Shown piece after piece: positions 38,060 through 48,061 of a stretch of DNA of 64,000 nt. The stretch spans positions 11,848 to 75,847 of the forward strand of contig CAZFKS010000004.1 in assembly GCA_964519725.1 (NCBI GenBank), in the 5' to 3' direction. The notes beneath the pieces are model-generated. The model did no database searches and was not told where the DNA came from. It saw nothing but the letters and a program-made list of their open reading frames with translations. This stretch comes from an uncultured Gammaproteobacteria bacterium (GTDB lineage Bacteria > Patescibacteriota > Patescibacteriia > Magasanikbacterales > UBA922). The position numbers and the translations under genes are program-made. Numbering within the stretch: the stretch's first letter is position 1; the number at the start of each line of letters is the position of its first letter.

Positions 38060-38442
38060 TGTTTTTGCTGGTTGATACATCAGGCCGCGACCAAATTTCC
38101 CTGACTTTGTTCAAGGGCGCCTTTGTTGAACAGAAAAATTATTCAGTGCCAAATCGGGAACTCTTGGTCAGTATTGAAAATTTTTTACAAGCGAATACTT
38201 TAGGCGCCCAAGATATTGAGGGTGTGGCGGTGGTGGTTGGTGCTGGCAGTTTTACTAGCACGCGGATTGCGACCACAGTGGCCAATACTTGGGCGTATGC
38301 TAAAAATATTCAAATTGTTGGCGTAACTGCCGCTGAAGCCAGTGACTTACCAAAACTGGAAGCCAAACTTTTACAGGCCGAGCCAGGCATTTATATTTCT
38401 GCGACGTATAGTGGTGAGCCGAATATTGGGAAAGCAAAATAA
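38059..38442 (+). CDS. tsaB: tRNA threonylcarbamoyladenosine biosynthesis protein TsaB (YeaZ), short form
   Basis: MFLLVDTSGRDQISL...GAGSFTSTRIATTVANTWAY matches the TsaB N-terminal ASKHA half. Only 127 aa. Confidence 0.55.
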   Translation: MFLLVDTSGRDQISLTLFKGAFVEQKNYSVPNRELLVSIENFLQANTLGAQDIEGVAVVVGAGSFTSTRIATTVANTWAYAKNIQIVGVTAAEASDLPKLEAKLLQAEPGIYISATYSGEPNIGKAK

Positions 38443-39968
38443 TGGACAAAAGCGAAAAATTCCGCTACAATAAGAGCATTATGCTCACTGATTATCAGCG
38501 GTATCGGTTATACGAAATTTTGCCTGGCGTGTCGGTTTGGGTCACGCTCGTGATTAGTTTGGTGCTGGCTTTGGTGAAGCCGCTCTGGATGATTTATTTT
38601 ATTATTGTGTTTGATGTGTATTGGGTATTAAAAGTACTCAATTTTTCTTTTTATTTGTTAGTGTCGTGGCGACGGTACAGCCGAGCGCGGAAAACTGATT
38701 GGCGCGCACGATTGGGGACTGATATTGCAGGTCTGGAAAAATTACACCACGTGGTGTTTTTGACCTTGTACGATGAGTCTTGGGGGGTGGTAAAAACTTC
38801 AATTCAAAGTATTGCGGACAGTGTTTATGACCCAAAACAATTTGTAATTGTAATTGCGGGTGAAGAAAAAACCGAGAAACATTTTGCTGATATTTTTGCC
38901 AAAGTAAAAGAGGAATTTGGTGAAGCGTTTGGCGATATTGTGGGCACAGTGCACCCAATGGGTCTTCCAGATGAAATTCCGGGTAAAGGTTCAAATTTAA
39001 ATTATTCAGAACGCGAACTGCGCAAATACATTGATGGCAAGGGCTGGAATTATGACAATGTGATTGCAACCATGTTTGATATTGATACTGTGGTGCACCC
39101 GCAGTACTTTAGTTATTTGACCTATGTGTACGCACGGCACCCAAATCCAACCCGGTCATCGTACCAGCCAATTGCCCTATACAATAATAATTTATGGGAA
39201 TCGCCAGCCGTGCTGCGGCTGATGGCGTTTGGAACCACCTTTTGGACTTTTACCATGCTGGCCCGGCAAGATGCGCTGGTGACTTTTTCGTCACACTCCA
39301 TGAGTTTCCGGGCGATTGTTGATGCTGGTCACCATGACAAGCGGATTGTCAGTGAAGACTCGCGCATTTTTTACCAGTGTTTACTGGCTTATAATGGTGA
39401 TTATCACGTGACACCGCTATATATTCCAGTTTCAATGGATACAGTGCGTGATGATACGTTTTGGAAAAGTATTAAAAATTTGTATCGCCAACAACGGCGT
39501 TGGGCGTGGGGTGTGGAACATGTGCCATTTTTACTTTATGAATTTAGAAAAAAAGGTAAAGACATGCCACTGTGGCTAAAAATTAAATGGGTGTTTGTGG
39601 AGTGGGAAGGTAAGTGGTCATGGTGTTGTGTGGCGATTTTAATTACGATTTTGGGTCGGCTGCCAATGTACGTGGCTCCAGAATCAGTGCGCCAAAGTGC
39701 TTTGTATTTTAATGCCCCGCACATTTTGGAATTACTCATGACTGTGTCCATGCTTGGTTTGTTTTTGTCTGCTTTGTTTAGTTTTCCGCTGTTACCAAAA
39801 CGGCCAGCTAGCCACCCGCCACACAAATATTTAACCATGCTGGGGCAGTGGGTTTTATTGCCTTTTTCGATGATTTTGGTTAGTGCCATTCCAGCGATTG
39901 ATGCGGTGACTCACCTAATGCTTGGTAAATATTTGGGTTTTAATGTGTCACTCAAAAAACGGAAATAG
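38442..39968 (+). CDS. family 2 glycosyltransferase, membrane-embedded processive type (cellulose-synthase-like)
   Basis: D,D,D motif and QQRRWAWG (QxxRW), with multiple C-terminal TM helices. Confidence 0.7.
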   Translation: MDKSEKFRYNKSIMLTDYQRYRLYEILPGVSVWVTLVISLVLALVKPLWMIYFIIVFDVYWVLKVLNFSFYLLVSWRRYSRARKTDWRARLGTDIAGLEKLHHVVFLTLYDESWGVVKTSIQSIADSVYDPKQFVIVIAGEEKTEKHFADIFAKVKEEFGEAFGDIVGTVHPMGLPDEIPGKGSNLNYSERELRKYIDGKGWNYDNVIATMFDIDTVVHPQYFSYLTYVYARHPNPTRSSYQPIALYNNNLWESPAVLRLMAFGTTFWTFTMLARQDALVTFSSHSMSFRAIVDAGHHDKRIVSEDSRIFYQCLLAYNGDYHVTPLYIPVSMDTVRDDTFWKSIKNLYRQQRRWAWGVEHVPFLLYEFRKKGKDMPLWLKIKWVFVEWEGKWSWCCVAILITILGRLPMYVAPESVRQSALYFNAPHILELLMTVSMLGLFLSALFSFPLLPKRPASHPPHKYLTMLGQWVLLPFSMILVSAIPAIDAVTHLMLGKYLGFNVSLKKRK

Positions 39969-39969
39969 T

Positions 39970-41436
39970 ATGTTTCTTGAACAAAAGAAAACGCACATTG
40001 GTTTAATTTTACTCGGAGTGTTTTTGGTGCTTGGAGCTGGGGTAAGTGCCGCTGGATATTATTTTGTTAAGCACACTAATACAGCGCAAATTTTGACCAT
40101 TCCGTTTGTACAAAAAGAATTAACCAAAAAAGTTGGTGAAGAATATAATGGCTTAATTAGTGATTTACCAGATTGGCTTGGTCTCACTGAACCAAAAACG
40201 TATTTATTATTATTCTTAAATAATACAGAACTGCGTCCAGGGGGCGGATTTATTGGGTCATATGCGGTTTTGCGCGTGGACAAAGGCCGGCCGCAAGTGC
40301 TGCAAGTTGAGGGTACAGAAAGTTTGGATCGGGCCGCTGATCGCAGTAAATTACCACTGCCACCAGAAGTGTTAAAAGCACACCTTGGAGTTGATCGTTG
40401 GTATTTCCGTGATAGTAATTGGTCCCCAGATTTTGCCAAAAGTTCAGCGCAGTCACTGGCCCTTTTCAAAGCGGAAAATGGCGTGAGTGCTAATGATATT
40501 GACGCGGTAATTGGTGTGACCACGCACGTGTTAGAAGAAATTATGCAGCGCACTGGTCCAATTACCGTGCAAGGAATTGAATTTAAAGCTGATAATGTGG
40601 TGGAAAAATTAGAGTATGAAGTGGAGTATGGGTATAAAAATCGCGGGGTGACTTTCCAAGATCGCAAACAAGTTTTGGGACAATTATTTCATGAATTTGT
40701 GGTGCGGTTAGGACCTGATGTAATTAGACATCCATCGGAATACGGTGAACTAGTAGCTAGATTAGCTAGTGAAAAACAACTCATGGCCTATGGCGTAGAA
40801 AAAAATACGCAGGAAAAATTAGCCAGCTATGGTTGGGCTGGAACATTTGCGCCAACCTCAACTGATTATTTACTCTGGGTTGATGCCAACCTGGCGGCCC
40901 TAAAAACTGATCATGCCATGCGCCGCAGCTTGTCATATGAAATTAAACCAGAGGCTGGTGGTTACGTTGCGACTGCAAAAATGGTGTTTGAAAACACTGG
41001 TAAATTTGATTGGCGGACCACCCGTTACCGCACATTTACGCGCGTGTATGTGCCAGCTGGCTCAGAATTAATTAGTTCCGAAGGCGCACTGGCTTGGGAT
41101 CGAACGAATAAAACTGGCAATGTCACGGTGGAAGATGAAAGTGGAAGTCGGGTGTTTGGCGCGTTTATTTCCATTGAACCTGGCGACACGAAAACGCTAT
41201 CATTTACTTACCGCTTGCCAGGGAAAGTGGCTGAGGCCATTAAAGCTGGGGATTATACACTGGCTGTGCCTAAGGCCCTTGGCACTTATCCGTACAAATT
41301 GACGCTGGCCCTTGATTTTGGTACAAATATAACAGGCGCTGAACCGGCTGAAGCTAAGGTTGACTGGGGAAATACCCTGTATTCGCAAGTGACTGAGCTA
41401 CGCACTGACCGCAATTTTGCGGTAAAATTAAAATAA
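39970..41436 (+). CDS. DUF4012-like membrane-anchored extracytoplasmic protein
   Basis: LLFLNNTELRPGGGFIGSYAVLRV core typical of DUF4012. The start is corrected to ATG 39970 (MFLEQKK) to avoid overlap with the GT2 gene. Confidence 0.5.
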   Translation: MFLEQKKTHIGLILLGVFLVLGAGVSAAGYYFVKHTNTAQILTIPFVQKELTKKVGEEYNGLISDLPDWLGLTEPKTYLLLFLNNTELRPGGGFIGSYAVLRVDKGRPQVLQVEGTESLDRAADRSKLPLPPEVLKAHLGVDRWYFRDSNWSPDFAKSSAQSLALFKAENGVSANDIDAVIGVTTHVLEEIMQRTGPITVQGIEFKADNVVEKLEYEVEYGYKNRGVTFQDRKQVLGQLFHEFVVRLGPDVIRHPSEYGELVARLASEKQLMAYGVEKNTQEKLASYGWAGTFAPTSTDYLLWVDANLAALKTDHAMRRSLSYEIKPEAGGYVATAKMVFENTGKFDWRTTRYRTFTRVYVPAGSELISSEGALAWDRTNKTGNVTVEDESGSRVFGAFISIEPGDTKTLSFTYRLPGKVAEAIKAGDYTLAVPKALGTYPYKLTLALDFGTNITGAEPAEAKVDWGNTLYSQVTELRTDRNFAVKLK

Positions 41437-41439
41437 AAT

Positions 41440-42447
41440 ATGATCATTAGTAAAGTCGCCATTGACCTTGGCACCACCAATGTCCTGGTTTACATTCCCA
41501 AAAAAGGCATTGTGATTAATGAGCCGTCAGTGGTGGCAATTTCGCGCGAAGACAAAAAGGTGCTGGCAGTTGGGGCTGAGGCCAAAGAAATGATTGGACG
41601 GACACCAGATTCGATTATCGCCGAACGACCCTTAAAAGACGGGGTAATTGCTAGTTATAGTACTACTGAAGCCATGCTTCGGTATTTTATCAATAAAGCC
41701 CTGGGTGGAATTCGGTTGTTCCGACCCGAAGTTATGATCGCGGTACCAGCCGGAATTACCTCAACTGAACGCCGCGCCGTAATTGATGCGGCCATGGCGG
41801 CGGGTGCGCGCGCAGCGTACATTATTAAAGAACCAATCGTGTCAGCGATTGGCGCAGATATTCCAATTGGTTCACCATCTGGCCACATGATTGTGGATAT
41901 TGGTGGGGGAACGGCGGAAATTGCGGTGATTTCACTGGGTGGAATTGTGTCGTGTGGTTCGGTTCGGATTGGTGGTACTCGTTTTGATCACTCAATTGCG
42001 GAATATATTCGCCGGAAATACGGCTTGGCCATTGGTGAACGCACGGCTGAAGATGTGAAAATTAATATTGGTTCAGCCATGTTTATGGATAAGCCACTGA
42101 CCATGGAAGTAAAAGGGCGCGACATGATTATGGGGTTGCCACGCACAGTAACGTTAAGTTCTGATGATACGACTGAAGCGCTTAAACATGATTTAGAAGG
42201 TTTAATTGACGCGGTTAAGCAGGTGCTGCATAACACCCCACCAGAACTTTCGGCTGATGTAATGGATAAAGGAATTGTGATGGCTGGTGGTTCCAGTCAA
42301 CTCCGTAATTTGGATGCGTTAATTTCTGAAGCCACGGGTGTGCCGTGTTATGTAGCAGATGATCCACTCCTCTGTGTGGCCAAAGGCACGGGAATTGCAC
42401 TGGAAAATTTGGATACGTACAAACGTAGTATTTTAGCCACCCGTTAA
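41440..42447 (+). CDS. mreB: rod shape-determining protein MreB
   Basis: Actin-fold motifs IDLGTTNVLVY and DIGGGTAEIAV. Confidence 0.9.
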   Translation: MIISKVAIDLGTTNVLVYIPKKGIVINEPSVVAISREDKKVLAVGAEAKEMIGRTPDSIIAERPLKDGVIASYSTTEAMLRYFINKALGGIRLFRPEVMIAVPAGITSTERRAVIDAAMAAGARAAYIIKEPIVSAIGADIPIGSPSGHMIVDIGGGTAEIAVISLGGIVSCGSVRIGGTRFDHSIAEYIRRKYGLAIGERTAEDVKINIGSAMFMDKPLTMEVKGRDMIMGLPRTVTLSSDDTTEALKHDLEGLIDAVKQVLHNTPPELSADVMDKGIVMAGGSSQLRNLDALISEATGVPCYVADDPLLCVAKGTGIALENLDTYKRSILATR

Positions 42448-42448
42448 T

Positions 42449-43033
42449 ATGGAAGTATCGGCCGCAACGATTTTAAAAACTGAATTTGGGGATTTTCATT
42501 TAGCTATTTACCTTGATAATAAAGGCCGCGAACATGTGGCCCTTAGCCAAGGTAATATCACCACGCCTGAGCCAGTGTTGACGCGGTTACATAGTGAGTG
42601 TATTACGGGCGAGGTGTTTCATTCGCTCCACTGCGATTGTGGTCAACAACTGGCGTTGACTTTGGACACGATCAGTAAAACTGGACGTGGTTTGTTAATT
42701 TATCTGCGCCAAGAGGGTCGGGATATTGGTTTAACCAATAAAATTAAAGCCTACGAACTTCAGCGGCAGGGGATGGATACGCTGGAAGCTAATGTGGCGC
42801 TTGGGTTTGCGCCTGATGCGCGCCACTATGATGTGGCGGCTGATATTTTGAAAGAATTAGGTGTCAACAAAATTAAACTTTTGACCAATAATCCTGATAA
42901 AATTGAGCAATTAGAAAAATTAGGAATTACTGTAACTGAACGGGTGCCCCTAGAAGTGCCGCCAAATGGTTTTGATGATGCGTATTTGCGCGTGAAAAAA
43001 GATAAAATGGGCCATTTATTAAGCGAAGTTTAA
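42449..43033 (+). CDS. ribA: GTP cyclohydrolase II
   Basis: Zinc-site motif RLHSECITGEVFHSLHCDCG. Confidence 0.85.
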   Translation: MEVSAATILKTEFGDFHLAIYLDNKGREHVALSQGNITTPEPVLTRLHSECITGEVFHSLHCDCGQQLALTLDTISKTGRGLLIYLRQEGRDIGLTNKIKAYELQRQGMDTLEANVALGFAPDARHYDVAADILKELGVNKIKLLTNNPDKIEQLEKLGITVTERVPLEVPPNGFDDAYLRVKKDKMGHLLSEV

Positions 43034-43034
43034 T

Positions 43035-44141
43035 ATGACTGAGGTGTGGTCAGTTGCGCTCGCTGAAGCTAAAAAAGCTAATGGTTTAGTATCACCAAAT
43101 CCAGCCGTTGGTGCGGTTTTGGTACGCGGAAATAAAATTATTGGGCGCGGACACACACAAGCACCTGGAAAAAACCATGCGGAAATTGAAGCCATTAAAC
43201 AGGCTGGCGCAAAAGCTAAAGGCGCAACTTTGTACACTACTTTGGAACCATGTTGTCATGAACGTAAATTAACTGGACCCTGTACCACGGCAATTATTAA
43301 AGCCGGAATTAAAAAAGTGGTGGTCGCGGTAAAAGATCCAAATCCATTAGTGGCCGGTGAGGGAATAAAAGTTTTACAGCGCGCTAAAATTACAGTGGAA
43401 TTATTGCCTGCTAAATCTGACGTTGTGGTAGCAGCAAAAGAAATAAATCAACCATTTTTCAAAGCCATCCAAACTGGTTTGCCTTATGTTGTTCTAAAAG
43501 CGGGCTTAACTCTGGACGGAAAAATTGCGACTAAAACTGGTGAGTCCAAGTGGATTACAAACGCAGAGTCGCGCGTGGATGCGCGTTTGGAACGCAGTTT
43601 GTGCGATGCGGTTTTAGTTGGGGTGGGCACAGTGGTGGCGGATAATCCAGAACTAGCGCCGCACGGTCAATTAAAAAATAAGAAATTATTACGCGTTATT
43701 ATTGATCCAGAGCTAAGTTTAACTAAAAAATACCAGATTTTCCGGGACGAAAATGTGCTTGTTGTTTGCACCAGTAAAGCAACTAAAACGCGGCAAAATT
43801 ATTTTACTAAAAATAAAATTAAGTTTGTGGTTTGTGGTCGTGATACAGTTAGTTGGCGCGCACTATTAGAATATTTGGGTGAACAAAAAATTCGCAGTGT
43901 GTATGTTGAAGGTGGGGCTGGAGTACATGGTTCACTAGTTGATGCGACGCGGCAAGATTTTCTCCTCTTAGATCGTGTTATACTGTACATTGTCCCAATG
44001 ATTATGGGCGGACAAAATTCCAAGACTGCGATTGGTGGTGGGGGTCCAAGTAAATTGGCTGAAAGTTTACGCCTTGGGGCAGTTAAATTAGATCAATTTG
44101 GAACCGATTTTAAAATTAGTGGAGTGCTTAATCAGTATTAA
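43035..44141 (+). CDS. ribD: riboflavin biosynthesis bifunctional deaminase/reductase RibD
   Basis: CMP/dCMP deaminase zinc motif HAEIEAI...EPCCH and a C-terminal RibD reductase domain. Confidence 0.85.
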   Translation: MTEVWSVALAEAKKANGLVSPNPAVGAVLVRGNKIIGRGHTQAPGKNHAEIEAIKQAGAKAKGATLYTTLEPCCHERKLTGPCTTAIIKAGIKKVVVAVKDPNPLVAGEGIKVLQRAKITVELLPAKSDVVVAAKEINQPFFKAIQTGLPYVVLKAGLTLDGKIATKTGESKWITNAESRVDARLERSLCDAVLVGVGTVVADNPELAPHGQLKNKKLLRVIIDPELSLTKKYQIFRDENVLVVCTSKATKTRQNYFTKNKIKFVVCGRDTVSWRALLEYLGEQKIRSVYVEGGAGVHGSLVDATRQDFLLLDRVILYIVPMIMGGQNSKTAIGGGGPSKLAESLRLGAVKLDQFGTDFKISGVLNQY

Positions 44142-44142
44142 C

Positions 44143-45243
44143 ATGATTTTGGGAATTGAGGCATCACGAGCTAACAGAGAACAAAAAACTGGTGTGGAGT
44201 GGTACGCTTATTTTTTAATTCAAAATTTAAAAACAATTATTCCGGCTGATTGGGAAGTGCGTTTATACACTGACACGCCGCTCAAAGGTGAGCTGGCTAA
44301 TTTGCCAAGTAATTGGAAAGAACAAATTTTACACTGGCCACCAAAACGCTTGTGGACTCAGGTGCGGCTCAGTTACGAAATGATTGTGCATACACCTGAT
44401 ATTTTATTTGTGCCAGCGCATGTACCGCCAATGGTTCACCCGAAAAAAACTGTGCTCACTGTGCATGATGTGGCGGCCAAAAATACGCCTGGTGCATACA
44501 ATTGGTTTGAAAAATGGTACTCATTATTTACGGCTGAAGAAGCAATTGTAAAATTGCCAAAAATTATTGTCCCAACTGAAGCTGTGAAACAGAATTTGCT
44601 GGCCATGTTTAAAAAAGTTGACGGCAGTAAAATTCACGTGGTCCATCACGGAATTAACCCGGTTTTTCTTGGTGAAAGTGCTGTGCCTGGAGTTTTGGAA
44701 AAATATAAAATTAGCAAACCTTTTGTGTTGGCTGTGGGCCGAATTGAAGAAAAAAAGAATAGCGCGGGTTTGGTGCGGGCGTTTACGCTGGCACGCGAAC
44801 AAGGTTACGCTGGGCAATTAATTTTTGTGGGAAAGCCTGGTCACGGGTATGAAGCCGTGGAGCGCGCGATTAAAAAAAGTAAAGTGAGTGAACATATTAA
44901 AATTATTCCGTGGGTAGAAAATGAAGAGCTAGTCAGTATTATGCGTGAGGCGCAGGCTCTAATGTTCCCAAGTTTGGCTGAAGGTTTTGGTTTGCCAATT
45001 TTAGAAGCCATGGCGGTGGGTGTACCAGTGGTGGCCAGTGATTTGCCAGTGCTGCGCGAGGTAGGCGGAAATGCGGCGCAGTTTATTTCACCAACAAATA
45101 CTGAAGCCTGGGCCAAAGCAATTTTAGAAACTGGTGAAGCGGTGCACCAAGCGCGGTTTAGACATTTGGGTAAAGCGCGCGCCACGCAATTTTCTTGGGC
45201 CGCAAGTGCCGGAAAAACTTGGGAAATTTTACAGTCAGTATGA
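44143..45243 (+). CDS. family 4 (GT-B) glycosyltransferase
   Basis: EX7E motif region EGFGLPILEAMAVGVPVVAS. The start is corrected to ATG 44143. Confidence 0.75.
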   Translation: MILGIEASRANREQKTGVEWYAYFLIQNLKTIIPADWEVRLYTDTPLKGELANLPSNWKEQILHWPPKRLWTQVRLSYEMIVHTPDILFVPAHVPPMVHPKKTVLTVHDVAAKNTPGAYNWFEKWYSLFTAEEAIVKLPKIIVPTEAVKQNLLAMFKKVDGSKIHVVHHGINPVFLGESAVPGVLEKYKISKPFVLAVGRIEEKKNSAGLVRAFTLAREQGYAGQLIFVGKPGHGYEAVERAIKKSKVSEHIKIIPWVENEELVSIMREAQALMFPSLAEGFGLPILEAMAVGVPVVASDLPVLREVGGNAAQFISPTNTEAWAKAILETGEAVHQARFRHLGKARATQFSWAASAGKTWEILQSV

Positions 45244-46139
45244 TTATCGGCCACCAAAATGTTTTGAAACAATTAGATCGCGTCATTAGTGCTGGCACAA
45301 TTAGTCATGCCTATCTTTTGGTTGGACCAGAACACGTTGGAAAAATGTCAGTCGCACTTTGGGCCGCAGAAAAATTACTCGGCGCGGCCAATACTAATTT
45401 AAGTTTGCACCCAGATATTAAAATCGTAGAGCGGGCGTATGATGAAAAAAACGAACGCTTCAAGCGTGATTTAACGGTCAATGAAATTCGCGCGGCCATT
45501 GATTTTGCGGCGGAAAGTTCATTTCAAGGTGGACATAAAGTGATTATTATTAATGATGCTGACCGAATGAATACTGAGGCTGGTAATGCCCTGTTAAAAA
45601 TGCTCGAAGAACCGCCAACCAAAACTATTTTCTTTTTACTCTACCAATCAGTTGGTGCAGTGATGCCAACTATTCGTTCGCGTTCACAAATTTTAACGCT
45701 TGGTCCTGTGGCCAATGAAGAATTGTCAGCCGCTTTGAAAGCGCCAAGTAATGAAGCTGAACTTCCAGAAATTATTCGTGCGGCCAATGGTCGGCCAGGC
45801 CTGGCCATTAATTGGTTAAGTAATGACGCTGAGTTTGCCGAGTACCAAATGAAAGCCAATGAAATTATTGAATTGCTAAAAGTTCCTCTCGCAGAAAAAT
45901 TTTTGCGCGCGGCTGAATTTTTGTCAGAGGCCAAAGATGGGGGCGGGACTGAAGAATTAATTAACCGTTTACAAATTTGGCAAGAAGCGCTCGTACCAAG
46001 TCGCGCTCTGGGTACAGTTTCAATTTCACCCGAGCAATTAACTAATGTGATTGATAAAATTGCGGCTACGATTCAGGCTCTTCGGCAAAATAGTCACCCG
46101 CGTCTAACTTTGGAAGCACTTTTGGCCGAGCTACCATAA
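45240..46139 (+). CDS. holB: DNA polymerase III delta-prime subunit
   Basis: AAA+ clamp-loader fold. HAYLLVGPEHVGK degenerate Walker A and SRSQ sensor motif. The start is MIIGHQNV at 45240. Confidence 0.75.
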   Translation: MIIGHQNVLKQLDRVISAGTISHAYLLVGPEHVGKMSVALWAAEKLLGAANTNLSLHPDIKIVERAYDEKNERFKRDLTVNEIRAAIDFAAESSFQGGHKVIIINDADRMNTEAGNALLKMLEEPPTKTIFFLLYQSVGAVMPTIRSRSQILTLGPVANEELSAALKAPSNEAELPEIIRAANGRPGLAINWLSNDAEFAEYQMKANEIIELLKVPLAEKFLRAAEFLSEAKDGGGTEELINRLQIWQEALVPSRALGTVSISPEQLTNVIDKIAATIQALRQNSHPRLTLEALLAELP

Positions 46140-46183
46140 TTTTGCAGCCAAGAAAAAATTTGTTATAATGGCCCCATTACTTT

Positions 46184-47275
46184 ATGACTAAATTGCGTGC
46201 GCTGATCAGCTTTTTATCCCTAGCTTTAGTTTTGACTGGAGCCGGGTGTATTACGTTTACTGGATTTTCTAATAAACAAACCACTACGGGTAATGTTGGT
46301 TTTTATTTATCGCGCGATAGTGGTGAAACTTGGCGTGGAATTTCATTATTACCAACCGCTGAGGGTGTAAAAAGTTTGGCTGGGGTACCTGTTTATGGAC
46401 TCGTGGAAGATAAAAATGATCCTAAAGCCATGTACTGGTTATCACGCACCCGGGGACTTTTGTATAGCTATGATGAGGGTGCTACTTGGAATGAAAGTGT
46501 GGCTCCACTCAACACAGGTTATGTTTATGGTGTAGCAATTCACCCGAAAGATAATTGTACAATTTTTGCGACCAATGGCCGCCAAGTCTTTAAAACTACT
46601 GACTGTAACCGCTCTTGGACTGAAATGTACCGTGAAGGAATTCCAACGCGGTCAATTAAAATGGTGGCCATTAACCCTTTTCCACCATATGAGGTTTTTA
46701 TCATGTCTGACAGTGGGGTCTTGCTAAAAAGTGTAGATAGTGGTACAAGTTGGTCAGTTGTGCACCAGTTTAAGACCTCGGTACAGCGTCTCGTCTTTGA
46801 CTACAACAAACCTGGCCTTGTGTATGTGGCTAGTACAGCCAATGGCCTCTACCGCAGCCGGGATGGGGGAGCGAGTTGGTCTAACCTTAAGAGTGAGATG
46901 AGTTCTTACCCTGGGGCCAATCAATTCCGCCGCTTGTATATTTACCCGAGTAAAGCTGAACAAGTGTACTGGATTTCCCAATACGGAATTTTAGTGTCAA
47001 AAAATGGGGGTGAAGATTGGGACCCTATCAGTCTCATCACTCCACCAGGTGGCACTTCAATTTACAGTTTTGCGGTTAATCCAAAAAATGAAAAAGAGAT
47101 TTATTACACCAGTACGGTCAGTACTAGAACCACGTTCTACAAAACGACTGATGGTGGTAAATCCTGGGTAACACGCAAATTACCAACCGGCCAAGTACCA
47201 GTGGTGCTCCGCATTCACCCAGATAACCCAGAGTGGCTATACATGGGCTTTACAGTTTTAGAAACAAAAAAATAA
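46184..47275 (+). CDS. BNR/Asp-box repeat lipoprotein (Ycf48-like beta-propeller)
   Basis: Lipobox LTGAGC and seven SxDxGxxW Asp-box repeats (SRDSGETW, SYDEGATW, SVDSGTSW, SRDGGASW, TTDGGKSW and others). Confidence 0.7.
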   Translation: MTKLRALISFLSLALVLTGAGCITFTGFSNKQTTTGNVGFYLSRDSGETWRGISLLPTAEGVKSLAGVPVYGLVEDKNDPKAMYWLSRTRGLLYSYDEGATWNESVAPLNTGYVYGVAIHPKDNCTIFATNGRQVFKTTDCNRSWTEMYREGIPTRSIKMVAINPFPPYEVFIMSDSGVLLKSVDSGTSWSVVHQFKTSVQRLVFDYNKPGLVYVASTANGLYRSRDGGASWSNLKSEMSSYPGANQFRRLYIYPSKAEQVYWISQYGILVSKNGGEDWDPISLITPPGGTSIYSFAVNPKNEKEIYYTSTVSTRTTFYKTTDGGKSWVTRKLPTGQVPVVLRIHPDNPEWLYMGFTVLETKK

Positions 47276-47276
47276 T

Positions 47277-47828
47277 ATGAATTTAATTCAAGCCAATAAA
47301 TTTCAATTTGACGAGTCAATTGAATTTTTGAAAAAAGATATTAGTAATTTGCGCACTGGTCGGGCTACTCCAGCTTTGGTTGAAGATGTTTCAATTGAAG
47401 CTTATGGCACACGTCAACAACTTAAAGCTGTAGCTTCAATTTCGGTGGCTGATGCTAAAACTTTGAACATTGAACCGTGGGATAAAACTCTGATGCAAGC
47501 GGTTGAGGCTGGGATCCGGGCGTCTTCACTTGGCCTTAGTCCAATTAATGATGGTAAATTAATCCGTCTGTCATTGCCAACTTTGACTTCTGAACGCCGA
47601 GCTGAACTAATTAAAGTGCTCCACCAAAAATTAGAAAGTGCTAAAATCGCGCTCCGCAAAGTCCGTGAAGATGTGCGTGATCAAATCGAAGCTTCAGAAA
47701 AAAATAAACAAATTTCTGAGGACGAAAAATTTAAACTTCAAGATGATCTAGAAAAAATCGTGAAAGAATATAATGAAAAGGTGAAAATGATTGGCGAGGA
47801 GAAAGAAACGGAAATTAACACCATCTAA
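47277..47828 (+). CDS. frr: ribosome recycling factor
   Basis: Full-length RRF signature. Confidence 0.9.
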   Translation: MNLIQANKFQFDESIEFLKKDISNLRTGRATPALVEDVSIEAYGTRQQLKAVASISVADAKTLNIEPWDKTLMQAVEAGIRASSLGLSPINDGKLIRLSLPTLTSERRAELIKVLHQKLESAKIALRKVREDVRDQIEASEKNKQISEDEKFKLQDDLEKIVKEYNEKVKMIGEEKETEINTI

Positions 47829-47869
47829 CCTCAAACTGAACCCTGGCGCTCGCCGGGGTTCATCATTGT

Positions 47870-47898
47870 TTGACATTTTTGGCTAAGTTTACTATAGT
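47870..47898 (+). promoter_or_regulatory. sigma70 promoter (TTGACA, 17-nt spacer, TATAGT) for glyQS
   Basis: -35 at 47870-47875 and -10 at 47893-47898. Confidence 0.5.
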
Positions 47899-47904
47899 TA
47901 AGAG

Positions 47905-48031
47905 GCTGGCAGTGAACAGGGCGGCTCCCTGGGAGCTAGCAGACAATCTCACAAAGTGTCCCGATTTTCGGGAAACTTGGGTGGAACCTTCCCGTAATCG
48001 GGAACCCAAGACCTTCAAGAGGTCTTTTTTT
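47905..48031 (+). promoter_or_regulatory. T-box riboswitch-like leader (glycine-type, short) ending in an intrinsic terminator
   Basis: aacttGGGTGGaACC resembles the T-box motif AAnnnGGGUGGnACC. A GGC triplet lies in the stem I region. cttggg can pair with cccaag to form an antiterminator. The terminator aagacct-tcaag-aggtctt + T7 lies at 48008-48031. Confidence 0.45.
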
Positions 48032-48061
48032 ATTGAATTTTAGCCTGTATACTTATTTTAT

